This document shows, piece after piece, positions 18,310 to 28,596 of a DNA stretch of 64,000 bases. Numbering within the stretch: position 1 is the stretch's first letter; each line of letters starts with the position of its first letter. The notes below the pieces were generated by a model, which was given only the letters and a program-made list of their open reading frames with translations, was not told the DNA's origin and made no database searches. This DNA comes from Ktedonobacteraceae bacterium (GTDB lineage Bacteria; Chloroflexota; Ktedonobacteria; Ktedonobacterales; Ktedonobacteraceae), in assembly GCA_035294465.1 (NCBI GenBank), contig DATGKW010000054.1:47290-111289 (forward strand), read 5' to 3'. A program made the translations under genes and the position numbers.

Positions 18310-21300
18310 ATGGAGGTAGAATCACGGACCCCGGGAGAAGCCGCTATCAGGTTTCTCGGTGGCCCACTGGCAGGGCAGACTATTTCCCTCAGCCTCTCTT
18401 CCACGACCATTGGCCGCGATAGGCAAAACGACATTGTCCTACGTGATCAAAGGATTTCCCGACAGCACGCTCGTATTCGCCAGCAGGACGGAGTATGGAC
18501 GATTGAAAATCTTTCGCAAATCAACTCCATTGCGATTGATCAGCAGCAAGCAGCGCGAGCTACACTCCAGCATAATAGCGTGGTTGATCTCGGAGGCGAG
18601 ATCAGTTTTGTCTTTCTTATCCGGCAACCGTCTCCAGATATTTCGCAGCTGCCTACCGTGACAAGGACACCGAATCCGCCAGACCTATCAGTATCTCCCT
18701 CGGCCTCTCCAGGCATGCCGCTCTTCTCTCTTCTCTCGCCCTCTGATACAATCATTGCCCCAGAGGTTCTGATACGAGGTGGCAAGCCGTCGCTAACGGT
18801 AAGCAGCAATATCCACAGTAGAGTGCAAACGTATCTTCTAGAAAAAGAGAGATATAATCTTGGGCGTGACTCCCAGAATGACATTGTTATCTCTGAGCCG
18901 ACCGTTTCCGCGTGGCACGCGCAGATTGTGCGCGAGGGAGAAACGCTCTTCTTCGTGCATCCCCATCCTACGCGGGGACGCACAAAGAATGGTCTGTGGT
19001 ATCGAGGACAGCTTATTGCGGGCGATCAGGTCTTTCGCAAGCCTCTGGAGCGCGGCGATATCTTTCGTATTGGCGATGAACATGGAACGTTCATCACGCT
19101 CACCTACGACGATGGCTCAGGTATGCCCCAGGAAGCACTGCCCGCCATGCAACCCATTCCCTTAACAGAACAAAAGCTGACGATTGGGCGCGTTCCTGGC
19201 AATACCGTCGTGCTGAACCATCCTCAAGTCTCGGCCCATCATGCGGTACTGGAGAAAGTAGCTGGCGGCTATCGCATCACTGATACCAACAGCACCAACC
19301 ACGTTTATGTGAATGGCGAGATTATTACCAACCAGTTGCTGCACACCGGCGACGAAATTCGCATTGGCCCTTATCGGCTTACCTACACTGGAACCGAGTT
19401 GAGGCAATATGATGAGAGCGCCCATATTCGCATCGACGCGCTGCACCTGAAAAAATTCGGCAATAATCACCTGATTCTGCTCAATGATATCTCGCTGGTC
19501 ATCCCGCCGCGCAAATTCGTCGCGCTTGTGGGAGGGTCGGGAGCTGGAAAAACGACATTATTGGATGCTCTGAACGGCTTCCGGCCTGCGCAGGAGGGTA
19601 TCGTCCTCTATAATGGCGAGGACTATTATCGTAATCTGGCAGCCTTCAATACCCAGCTTGGCTATGTCCCACAGGATGATATCGTTCATCGCGAGCTCAC
19701 AGTCGAGCGCGCACTCTACTATGCTGCGCGCCTGCGCCTGCCTGCTGATTTTACGCGCGAGCAGATTCGCTGGCGTATCGATGAGGTGCTCGAAGACGTG
19801 GAGATGAGCGACCGGCGTAACCTGCTGGTCAGCAAGCTCTCTGGAGGACAGCGCAAACGTGTCTCAATCGCACTCGAATTGCTGGCCAATCCCAGCGTTT
19901 TCTTTCTGGATGAACCTACTTCCGGTCTGGATCCCGGCCTGGACCGCAAAATGATGCTGCTTTTGCGCAGGCTGGCCGATAAGGGGCATACCATTATTCT
20001 GGTGACGCATGCTACGAACAACATCAATTCCTGCGATTATGTCTGCTTCCTGGCCCCAGGCGGGCGACTGGCCTATTTTGGCCCGCCAAATGCCGCGAAA
20101 GCGTACTTTGAAAAGACCGACTTTGCCGAAATTTACAGTATGCTTGAGACGACGAAAGAGCAGCCAGACGTTCCAGAGCAAGCAGAAACGCGTTTTCTCG
20201 CTTCGCCCGACTTTCAGCAGTATGTCGCCGAACCTTTGCGCGAAGGACAGCATCGTCTGGAAGGCGCGAGACAGTCCGGCGAGGTGCGCAAGCAGAAACA
20301 TACCAGGCACGGACGCGGCTGGTCACAATTCTCCTTGCTCTCGATCCGTTATCTGGAGCTCTTAAAGAATGATATGGGCAATTTGCTGATCCTGCTCTTG
20401 CAAGCGCCTGTCATTGCTGTGATGCTGGTGCTCATGGTCCGTTTCGAGATAGGAGCAGGGGTCTTTAATGCCAATCAACTTGCGCAGTGTCGCACGCAAA
20501 TTCTGAGCTCTTCCGGCCCGCTGGCTCTCCCCCAGGCACAGCAGACCGATACGATCGATTGCCAGCAGGTGTTTACCTTTCTGACAACTACTGCCAATGG
20601 CCAGGCATATGCCCGGAGCCACGGCGGACCAGAGCAAGCCTTACAGAATTTTCTTATTCCAGGACCGGGGACCGATGCCCAGAAAGTGCTCTTTATTATG
20701 GCCTTTGCTACGGTGCTGTTCGGCTGCATCAACGGCGCTCGCGAAATTGTCAAGGAGGCTCCGATCTACCGGCGTGAGCGTGGCGTCAACCTCGGCATTC
20801 TTCCATATATGTTCTCAAAGATCGTTGTACTGGGCGTCCTCTGCCTGTTCCAGAGCCTGGTCCTTACCACTGTCGTCGAGATTGGCGAACCGCTACGCCA
20901 GGGTGTTTTTCTGCCGCCTTTCCTGGAAACCTATATCACTCTTAGCCTGACTGCACTCGCTGGCCTGATGATCGGCCTGGCTATCTCGGCAATCGCTCCG
21001 AACAACGACCGGGCCATTAGCCTTGTGCCAATTATTCTGCTCCCGCAGGTCATCTTTTCCGGGGCAATTATTCCGCTCAAGGATTGGCTGACGCAGATTC
21101 TGGCCACCGTCTTCCCCACGCGCTGGGCGATGGCGGCGCTTGGCACTTCTATCGGGCTACATGCTGACCAGATCGGCGGCGACAGGCTCTTTGGAAGCGA
21201 CCCCACCTATCACAGCACTCTTTTCTCTATCTATAGCCAGGCCGACGCCATTCACCGCCTTGCGCTCGGTTGGACCGCTCTGGCTGCAATTACTATCGCA

Positions 21301-21351
21301 CTGATGATCGTAGTCGGCATTTTCCTGAAGCGGAAAGATAATCGGTTATAA
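18310..21351 (+). CDS. Fused triple-FHA / ABC ATPase / ABC-2 permease exporter (Rv1747-like, ABCG-type half transporter)
   Basis: Three FHA signatures are present: TIGRDRQNDIVLRDQRISRQHA, LGRDSQNDIVISEPTVSAWHA and TIGRVPGNTVVLNHPQVSAHHA. The ATPase has Walker A GGSGAGKTT, signature LSGGQRKR and Walker B FFLDEPTSGLD. A C-terminal multi-TM ABC-2 domain follows. Confidence 0.9.
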   Translation: MEVESRTPGEAAIRFLGGPLAGQTISLSLSSTTIGRDRQNDIVLRDQRISRQHARIRQQDGVWTIENLSQINSIAIDQQQAARATLQHNSVVDLGGEISFVFLIRQPSPDISQLPTVTRTPNPPDLSVSPSASPGMPLFSLLSPSDTIIAPEVLIRGGKPSLTVSSNIHSRVQTYLLEKERYNLGRDSQNDIVISEPTVSAWHAQIVREGETLFFVHPHPTRGRTKNGLWYRGQLIAGDQVFRKPLERGDIFRIGDEHGTFITLTYDDGSGMPQEALPAMQPIPLTEQKLTIGRVPGNTVVLNHPQVSAHHAVLEKVAGGYRITDTNSTNHVYVNGEIITNQLLHTGDEIRIGPYRLTYTGTELRQYDESAHIRIDALHLKKFGNNHLILLNDISLVIPPRKFVALVGGSGAGKTTLLDALNGFRPAQEGIVLYNGEDYYRNLAAFNTQLGYVPQDDIVHRELTVERALYYAARLRLPADFTREQIRWRIDEVLEDVEMSDRRNLLVSKLSGGQRKRVSIALELLANPSVFFLDEPTSGLDPGLDRKMMLLLRRLADKGHTIILVTHATNNINSCDYVCFLAPGGRLAYFGPPNAAKAYFEKTDFAEIYSMLETTKEQPDVPEQAETRFLASPDFQQYVAEPLREGQHRLEGARQSGEVRKQKHTRHGRGWSQFSLLSIRYLELLKNDMGNLLILLLQAPVIAVMLVLMVRFEIGAGVFNANQLAQCRTQILSSSGPLALPQAQQTDTIDCQQVFTFLTTTANGQAYARSHGGPEQALQNFLIPGPGTDAQKVLFIMAFATVLFGCINGAREIVKEAPIYRRERGVNLGILPYMFSKIVVLGVLCLFQSLVLTTVVEIGEPLRQGVFLPPFLETYITLSLTALAGLMIGLAISAIAPNNDRAISLVPIILLPQVIFSGAIIPLKDWLTQILATVFPTRWAMAALGTSIGLHADQIGGDRLFGSDPTYHSTLFSIYSQADAIHRLALGWTALAAITIALMIVVGIFLKRKDNRL

Positions 21352-21606
21352 GGATCACTGCCCGGCCTGTGACCAGAAAAAGCGCTTAATCGTATCCTAA
21401 ATAAAGGGGTTTCGATGAAAAGGCACTTGCTTTTTCGTCTTGCCAGTATGATTTCTTTCTCATTTGATTAGAAGGAGGTACTGGCGCTTCGCATTCCTTC
21501 TCGGACACGCGCCTATCCTCCAGGCTACTTTTCAATTCTTTTACGCAGATAGAGACATAAACGCTGATAGATTCATCCTATGTATATTTCTAGGGGGGAG
21601 ACCTAT

Positions 21607-23883
21607 ATGTCAGAAGCTCCTGAGCACGCAAGAGTGCCAGCAAAACTGCCGGAGCACAGCCGCGCTGCGGCAGCACAGCGTCTGAACGATCAGCCAGCAT
21701 TCCTTTCTCGTCGTGGCACGTATTACGACGTAGCACATACACCATTGCATCCTCACGACTGGTATATCCGGCGGCACATGAAACGGAAAAACCTGCACCG
21801 CACGAATTCGCATTACGCCGAAGTTGATCGCTTCGGGACTCGCTGGTCGCTTATGCCTCTAGCTCTCTCGACGTTCACTTTGCTGATCCTCGTTAGCACA
21901 TTCTTCGTGGTTTACAGCGCGCTCGCTACAGCGGTAAACGAGCGTTACCAGCACGATATCGTGACTCTGGCCGATTTGCTGCCGGGGGACAGCCTGCGAA
22001 TGTACGACGAGCACGGCACATTGATTTATGAAGCGGTGGACCAGGGTCTCCAGATCTCAGAACCTTTCAATAAGATCTCGCCAAATCTGGTTGATTCCGA
22101 AATTGCCATTGAAGATCAGTCTTTCTGGGAAAATCCCGGCTATGATATTACTGGCATTGTACGCGCAGCTATCTCAGACCTGACCAATGGACGCGTCGTA
22201 GCTGGTGGCAGCACCATTACGCAGCAGCTCATTAAGAACGTGATCGTGGGCAATGAGGATACGATTTTACGCAAACTGGAAGAGGTCATCCTTGCTCCCC
22301 AGGCCACGCGCTATTATACCAAGCAGCAGATTATGGACATGTACCTCAACACAACGTACTACGGCAACCAGGCTTACGGAGCGGAAGCGGCGGCCTTTAT
22401 CTATTTTGGCTTGCAGGACACGCCCAAAGAGACCGCAGCCCAGCAGCTCGATCTTGCCCAATCGGCCATGCTGGCCGGTATTCCTCAGAATCCCTCCTTG
22501 TATAATCCTTTCGTGTTCCCAAAATTTACTCTGGACCGCATGAAAGCAGTACTCAATCAGCTGCTGGTTCAGCACTACATCACCTCTATACAGGAAAACG
22601 CGGCCATCAAGGAGGCAGAGAGTCCGCACTTCCTGCATCATGGGGTTATCAATAACAATCTTGCTCCGCACTTCGAGGCTTACGCGCTTAATGAGCTGGC
22701 CTCGCTCTTGAATGTCAAGGTATCGGATCTTTCGCGTTCGGGACTGATTGTCTCAACAACGCTCGACCTGCCGCTACAAAACAAAATTCTCAAGATCGCT
22801 CAGGAAAATGTCGCGGAACTGGCCGGCCCACACCACCTGACTGACGCAGCCGAGGTCCTGATCGATTTCCACAACGGCGATATCCGCGTCCTTCTGGGCA
22901 ACATCGACCCGAATAATCCACAGTACGGACAATTCGACGTAGCAACGCAGGGGTATCGCCAGCCAGGATCAGCTTTCAAACCATTCATCTATGCCACTGC
23001 TTTCGAGAAAGGGTTCAGTCCGGGCCAGCCGGTCCTGGACGAGCGCACAAGCTTTCCCATGTGCTGCGGCCTGCCGTACTACACGCCCTCGAACTATGAT
23101 AACAGCTATCATGGCCTGATCTCGGCTCGCGCCGCGCTGCAGAACTCGTTCAACATTCCTGCGGTCAAGGTGCTCTATAAAACAGGGGTGGATGCCTCAC
23201 TGCATACAGCGGAATCAATGGGCATTACCGACTATAATGGCACGCCTAACTATACGATGGTCCTGGGAACGTTGGGAGTACACCTGCTGGATATAACTTC
23301 GGCCTACGGCGTCTTTGCCGATGGCGGGATACGCGTGCCAGCTCACGCTGTCTCTACCATCACCAATACGCAAGGCAAAGTGGTCTATAAGGTCAGTACG
23401 ACCGGCCAGCGCGTGATCAGCCCGCAGGTCGCGTTTCTCATGACCAACGTTCTGAGCGACAACCAGGCCCGCACTTATGAATTTGGCGCGTGTAGCAATC
23501 TCTATCTCTATACCAATACACAGACGCAGTGCTACGAGGGTAATCCTGGCACGGTCTATCCTTCGGCGGTCAAGACGGGAACCTCGCAGAACTTCGCGGA
23601 CAACTGGACCATTGGGTACACCACTGATTATGTCATGGGAGTCTGGGCGGGCAACAACGATAACTCACCGATGAATAATGTGATCGGCGTCACCGGCGCC
23701 GGCCCGATCTTCCACGAGGGGATGCTGCTCGCCGAGCAGGGTCATCCTCCTCATAACTTCTCTACCCCTCCGGGCGTGGTCAAGCGCACTGTGACCTATC
23801 CCGAAGGCCTCACCACTACCGACTGGTACATCGAGGGCCTACCCTGGACAGATTGGGGCCTGGGATGGCCGGGCTCGCTATAA
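21607..23883 (+). CDS. Class A penicillin-binding protein (GT51 transglycosylase + transpeptidase)
   Basis: Start re-set to ATG 21607 after GGGGGGAGA. GT51 motifs are EDQSFWENPGYD and GGSTITQQLIKN. Transpeptidase motifs are SAFKPF (SxxK), SFN and KTGTS. A cytoplasmic tail of about 90 aa precedes the TM segment. Confidence 0.92.
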   Translation: MSEAPEHARVPAKLPEHSRAAAAQRLNDQPAFLSRRGTYYDVAHTPLHPHDWYIRRHMKRKNLHRTNSHYAEVDRFGTRWSLMPLALSTFTLLILVSTFFVVYSALATAVNERYQHDIVTLADLLPGDSLRMYDEHGTLIYEAVDQGLQISEPFNKISPNLVDSEIAIEDQSFWENPGYDITGIVRAAISDLTNGRVVAGGSTITQQLIKNVIVGNEDTILRKLEEVILAPQATRYYTKQQIMDMYLNTTYYGNQAYGAEAAAFIYFGLQDTPKETAAQQLDLAQSAMLAGIPQNPSLYNPFVFPKFTLDRMKAVLNQLLVQHYITSIQENAAIKEAESPHFLHHGVINNNLAPHFEAYALNELASLLNVKVSDLSRSGLIVSTTLDLPLQNKILKIAQENVAELAGPHHLTDAAEVLIDFHNGDIRVLLGNIDPNNPQYGQFDVATQGYRQPGSAFKPFIYATAFEKGFSPGQPVLDERTSFPMCCGLPYYTPSNYDNSYHGLISARAALQNSFNIPAVKVLYKTGVDASLHTAESMGITDYNGTPNYTMVLGTLGVHLLDITSAYGVFADGGIRVPAHAVSTITNTQGKVVYKVSTTGQRVISPQVAFLMTNVLSDNQARTYEFGACSNLYLYTNTQTQCYEGNPGTVYPSAVKTGTSQNFADNWTIGYTTDYVMGVWAGNNDNSPMNNVIGVTGAGPIFHEGMLLAEQGHPPHNFSTPPGVVKRTVTYPEGLTTTDWYIEGLPWTDWGLGWPGSL

Positions 23884-23895
23884 CAGTGCAATGTA

Positions 23896-23960
23896 CTTGA
23901 GTTATCATATTATGTAGCGAATATACCAAATACATTTTCTACACAATATGATAACTCAAG
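23896..23960. repeat. Perfect 16 bp inverted repeat with 33 nt spacer; outer 7 bp equal HspR HAIR half-sites
   Basis: cttgagttatcatatt (23896-23911) pairs with aatatgataactcaag (23945-23960). It starts 13 nt after the PBP stop and could also act as its terminator hairpin, though no T tract follows. Confidence 0.85.
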
Positions 23961-24350
23961 CATACTCCAAAACTCGCTGCCATAAGCTGGCATACCATCT
24001 TCGCTTATCTTCTCTCAGGATGCCCCACCGGTACTACTACCGGTCCGCCGCCGAAACGTTTCTCCCAGATTTTGCGTACTCCTTATATGGGAATATTGTT
24101 TCCCTTAAGGGCTGTCGATGATAAGTTCATTTTTCTCTGCATCTGTACCTGCCCGAGCCGCTGTCACCTCCTCCCTGAGAAGGGAAAACGGCCAGCCTGG
24201 TCGTTCGGGAGATTTGTCACCAGCATCTGCTTTGTGAACAAGGGAAGAGATCTCCGGTGCCGCGTAACGTGAAGGGCCAGAGGCCACAACCAGGAATGGG
24301 ATGCACCTGCACCTGTTCGTCCGACTACTTTTTTAATGGAGTAGCATAAC

Positions 24351-25679
24351 GTGAACATTCAGACAGTAGAGTTTGCCCACATTCTAGAAACCGACGATCT
24401 AGAAGCTCTGCACGACTTTTTGTCACATACAGCGTTTGTGATCTCTCATAAAAGCGAGAGCGTCGAAACGCTGCTCAGAGTTCTCTGGTACATCCCCATC
24501 AATAGTACGATCATCGTCGTGACGAACTGCCCCGAAAAGGAACGAGATGATCTCACTCAAACGCTCAAAACTAGGTTAGCGGATCACCGCAAAACCTACG
24601 TAATCCACCAGAAGGACGAGCAAATTGCTCGCCTGTTCCAGACCTCTAACCTCCCTCAAATCCTTGGTACAGACGGCAAAGTTATCGATGGCAAAGGCGA
24701 AGGTATGTATATCGGGGCTCTCTGTGCCTATCAATTGGGCTATCCCCGCTGGCTTATCTTCTACGACGCCGATAACTTTGTTCCCAGCGCCCTGCTGGAA
24801 TATACGCTGGCCATGTGCCGGCTCTTTACGTCAACCTCACTTCCTGCACACACTCGCGATTACGACACCTTGATTGTACAGCGAGAGGTACGCCAGCCAG
24901 CGAGAGCCGACCTACATAATGTGCGAATCTGCTGGTCATCCAAGCCAGATATGCATAACACGGATTGGGAAACCAGAATCATGGGCCGCACGACCAGGGT
25001 CGTTTCCCCGCTATTCGACAGCCTTCTGAAAGAGTGGTTCAGCATCTGCGATCACCCGATCCGTTCGTCTAACGCGGGTGAGCAGGGGATGACGGTCGAA
25101 ACCGCTGCCTCCTTGCGCTTTTCCTCCGGTTTCTCAGTCGAAACCTTCCAGCTCCTCGATCTGTTCTTCAACGCGACTACGTGGAAAGCGCACCCCCAGG
25201 AGATCATTTTCCAGCAGTACCTCTCGAAAAGTCCTCATTTCCACGAAAAAAAGGACGAGGGGCACATCAAGAAAATGATCGCGGAGAGTCTGGGCTGTTT
25301 TTCTCACTTTGAAGCCGCTCTCCCCGCTGCTGTCAAGGTCCAGCTGCAGCAGACCTATGATGAGCTGCAACTCGAACGAGTAGAACCCACGATCTATCCC
25401 CGCTTGCAAGACCTGCCGTTGGACAGATTTGGGGCATCAATGGAGCAATACGCTCTGTTTCCGCAGATCACTTACCAGAACCTTCTCGCCCCCGAAGCAA
25501 TAAACCAGGATCTTGTCCCTGTTGATGCAAACTGTCCGGAGATCCTGGCCGTTAACCCTGCCTGCCAGGATATATTGGTTGCCGATACCAACCGCGCGGA
25601 AATCCCGGTCGCCGATACCCATTACCAGGATCTTTTGGCCACTAACACAAACTACCAGGATTTCTTTGTAGCCGATTAG
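24351..25679 (+). CDS. mpgS: Mannosyl-3-phosphoglycerate synthase-like glycosyltransferase (GT55)
   Basis: GTG start. The blocks IHQKD, DGKGEGM, FYDADNFVPSALLEY, SNAGEQGMT and GFSVETFQLLDLF align with the MPGS sequences of Thermus and Pyrococcus as I recall them. Confidence 0.8.
   Translation: MNIQTVEFAHILETDDLEALHDFLSHTAFVISHKSESVETLLRVLWYIPINSTIIVVTNCPEKERDDLTQTLKTRLADHRKTYVIHQKDEQIARLFQTSNLPQILGTDGKVIDGKGEGMYIGALCAYQLGYPRWLIFYDADNFVPSALLEYTLAMCRLFTSTSLPAHTRDYDTLIVQREVRQPARADLHNVRICWSSKPDMHNTDWETRIMGRTTRVVSPLFDSLLKEWFSICDHPIRSSNAGEQGMTVETAASLRFSSGFSVETFQLLDLFFNATTWKAHPQEIIFQQYLSKSPHFHEKKDEGHIKKMIAESLGCFSHFEAALPAAVKVQLQQTYDELQLERVEPTIYPRLQDLPLDRFGASMEQYALFPQITYQNLLAPEAINQDLVPVDANCPEILAVNPACQDILVADTNRAEIPVADTHYQDLLATNTNYQDFFVAD
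25467..25676 (+). repeat. Seven degenerate 30 nt (decapeptide) tandem repeats encoding the MPGS C-terminal tail
   Basis: The seven units are ITYQNLLAPE, AINQDLVPVD, ANCPEILAVN, PACQDILVAD, TNRAEIPVAD, THYQDLLATN and TNYQDFFVAD. Confidence 0.8.
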
Positions 25680-25825
25680 GAGGAATGAGACCGCTCAGAT
25701 CTTACAGCCCTCAAGTGTAGGAACCGCGACTCAAAGCGACACGGTAAATCAGAGGTTCTTTTGCCTCATCTGGCCTGAGAGGCCGGGCAAAGCAGAGTTC
25801 CTGATTCTATGAGAGTCAATGGGAT

Positions 25826-25869
25826 AAACCGCGGCTCTCCCTGCGGAAAAGGAGGGAGAGCCGCGGTTT
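25826..25869. terminator. 17 bp stem hairpin between convergent mpgS and groEL (bidirectional terminator)
   Basis: aaaccgcggctctccct pairs with agggagagccgcggttt around a 10 nt loop. A/T runs flank both sides. Confidence 0.7.
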
Positions 25870-25934
25870 GTCGCCGGCCTTGCCTTTGACTGCTATCCGG
25901 CCTGCGGGCGGGCTCAAGCTTTCCGAACTGCGCG

Positions 25935-27584
<1,650 letters not shown>

Positions 27585-27875
27585 TTAAGCAAGAATAGCC
27601 AGGATGTCACTTTCTCTCAGCACCAGATACTCCTTGCCATCGAGTTTGAACTCGGTTCCACCATACTTGGCGAAGAGTACCTGATCTCCCTCCTTCACCT
27701 CCATCGCTGCACGCTTGCCGCTATCGAGCAGGCGACCGTTGCCAACTGCAATCACGGTTCCCTGCTGCGGTTTCTCTTTAGCGGTATCGGGAATGACAAT
27801 TCCGCTTTTGGTAACCTCCTCTTTCTGCGCGGGTGTAACCACAACACGATCACCCAGAGGACGAATTGCGGACAT
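27585..27875 (-). CDS. groS: Co-chaperonin GroES (96 aa)
   Basis: Start re-set to ATG 27875 ([13 protein letters not shown]...) after AAAGGAGG. The 199 aa track ORF is an artefactual 5' extension that overlaps hspR. Confidence 0.95.
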   Translation of the reverse strand: MSAIRPLGDRVVVTPAQKEEVTKSGIVIPDTAKEKPQQGTVIAVGNGRLLDSGKRAAMEVKEGDQVLFAKYGGTEFKLDGKEYLVLRESDILAILA

Positions 27876-27960
27876 ACCAACGCCTCCTTTTCCAACAAAA
27901 TTGTGTAAAAGGTGTGATACTTCTGACTCTATCTGCGATTCGCATATACCACACGAAGCA

Positions 27961-27999
27961 TTAGAATGACGTATGAGAGCCATTAGAAATTCGTTAGAA
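27961..27999. promoter_or_regulatory. Three TTAGAA boxes phased at 22 and 11 bp between hspR and groES
   Basis: Boxes start at 27961, 27983 and 27994 (cATTAGAAtg, cATTAGAAat, cGTTAGAAtg). Confidence 0.4.
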
Positions 28000-28017
28000 T
28001 GTTGCCCACGTCCTTTA

Positions 28018-28422
28018 CTACCTGGTTCCTTGCTCCGAGTTATCACTCTGCCGCTCACCAGGCCCTTCCTGGCTGGTCTGCTCCGCGTTTGCCTTCGCCT
28101 CTTTCTCGCGAGCAACCTTGATCTCCTCTTGCAGAAGGCGAATCTGCCGTCGCATCTGCAGGATATGCCGGATGCCGGCAGCATTGACTCCCTCGTCGGT
28201 CAGGGAAGCAATCTCTTCCAGAGCTGCAACATCCTGATCGGAGTAAAGCCGATTCTTGCCATCCTGGCGAGATGGTTCCAAAAGCCCGGATTCTTCATAG
28301 CGACGCAGCATTTGCGGAGGCAGCCCAACGAGTTTGGAAACTACCCCGATGGTATATTTGGGCAGGCGAAACGCTTCATCCTCCGTAAGAGGCTCTGGTC
28401 GCGTGGGGCGTTGTCGTTTCAT
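28018..28422 (-). CDS. hspR: MerR-family heat-shock repressor, HspR-like
   Basis: The HTH and dimerisation region [66 protein letters not shown] closely parallels Streptomyces HspR as I recall it. It lies directly upstream of groES-groEL. Confidence 0.8.
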   Translation of the reverse strand: MKRQRPTRPEPLTEDEAFRLPKYTIGVVSKLVGLPPQMLRRYEESGLLEPSRQDGKNRLYSDQDVAALEEIASLTDEGVNAAGIRHILQMRRQIRLLQEEIKVAREKEAKANAEQTSQEGPGERQSDNSEQGTR

Positions 28423-28539
28423 CTCGGCTTCTCCTTCCTCCGGATATCAGAATTTCCCCCGGCCCGCTCTCTGACACATGGTATTCCTGACGTGATCAGC
28501 AGAGGTAGCCAGGAAGAAAAAGAACAGCGCTACGCCTAC

Positions 28540-28568
28540 AATATATATATTCTTCCAGGACTTGTCAA
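28540..28568 (-). promoter_or_regulatory. Promoter candidate for hspR(-groESL): TTGACA-N17-TATATT
   Basis: On the minus strand, -35 is at 28568->28563, embedded in the palindrome ACTTGtCAAGT, and -10 is at 28545->28540. Confidence 0.5.
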
Positions 28569-28596
28569 GTTCCTGACTGGATATCTGTCAAAGTTC

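Noticed and set aside
24072-24272. A 66 aa ORF and possible riboswitch in the long mpgS upstream region.
   Set aside because: The ORF has no SD and is Cys/Arg/Phe-rich. Only short local hairpins were seen (for example accggta-ctac-taccggt at about 24027-24044), and none matches a riboswitch class I can recognise by eye.
27876-28184. The 199 aa ORF-track version of groES extends upstream and overlaps hspR.
   Set aside because: The canonical 96 aa GroES begins at ATG 27875 with a strong SD. The extension is low-quality sequence that overlaps the hspR coding region in another frame.
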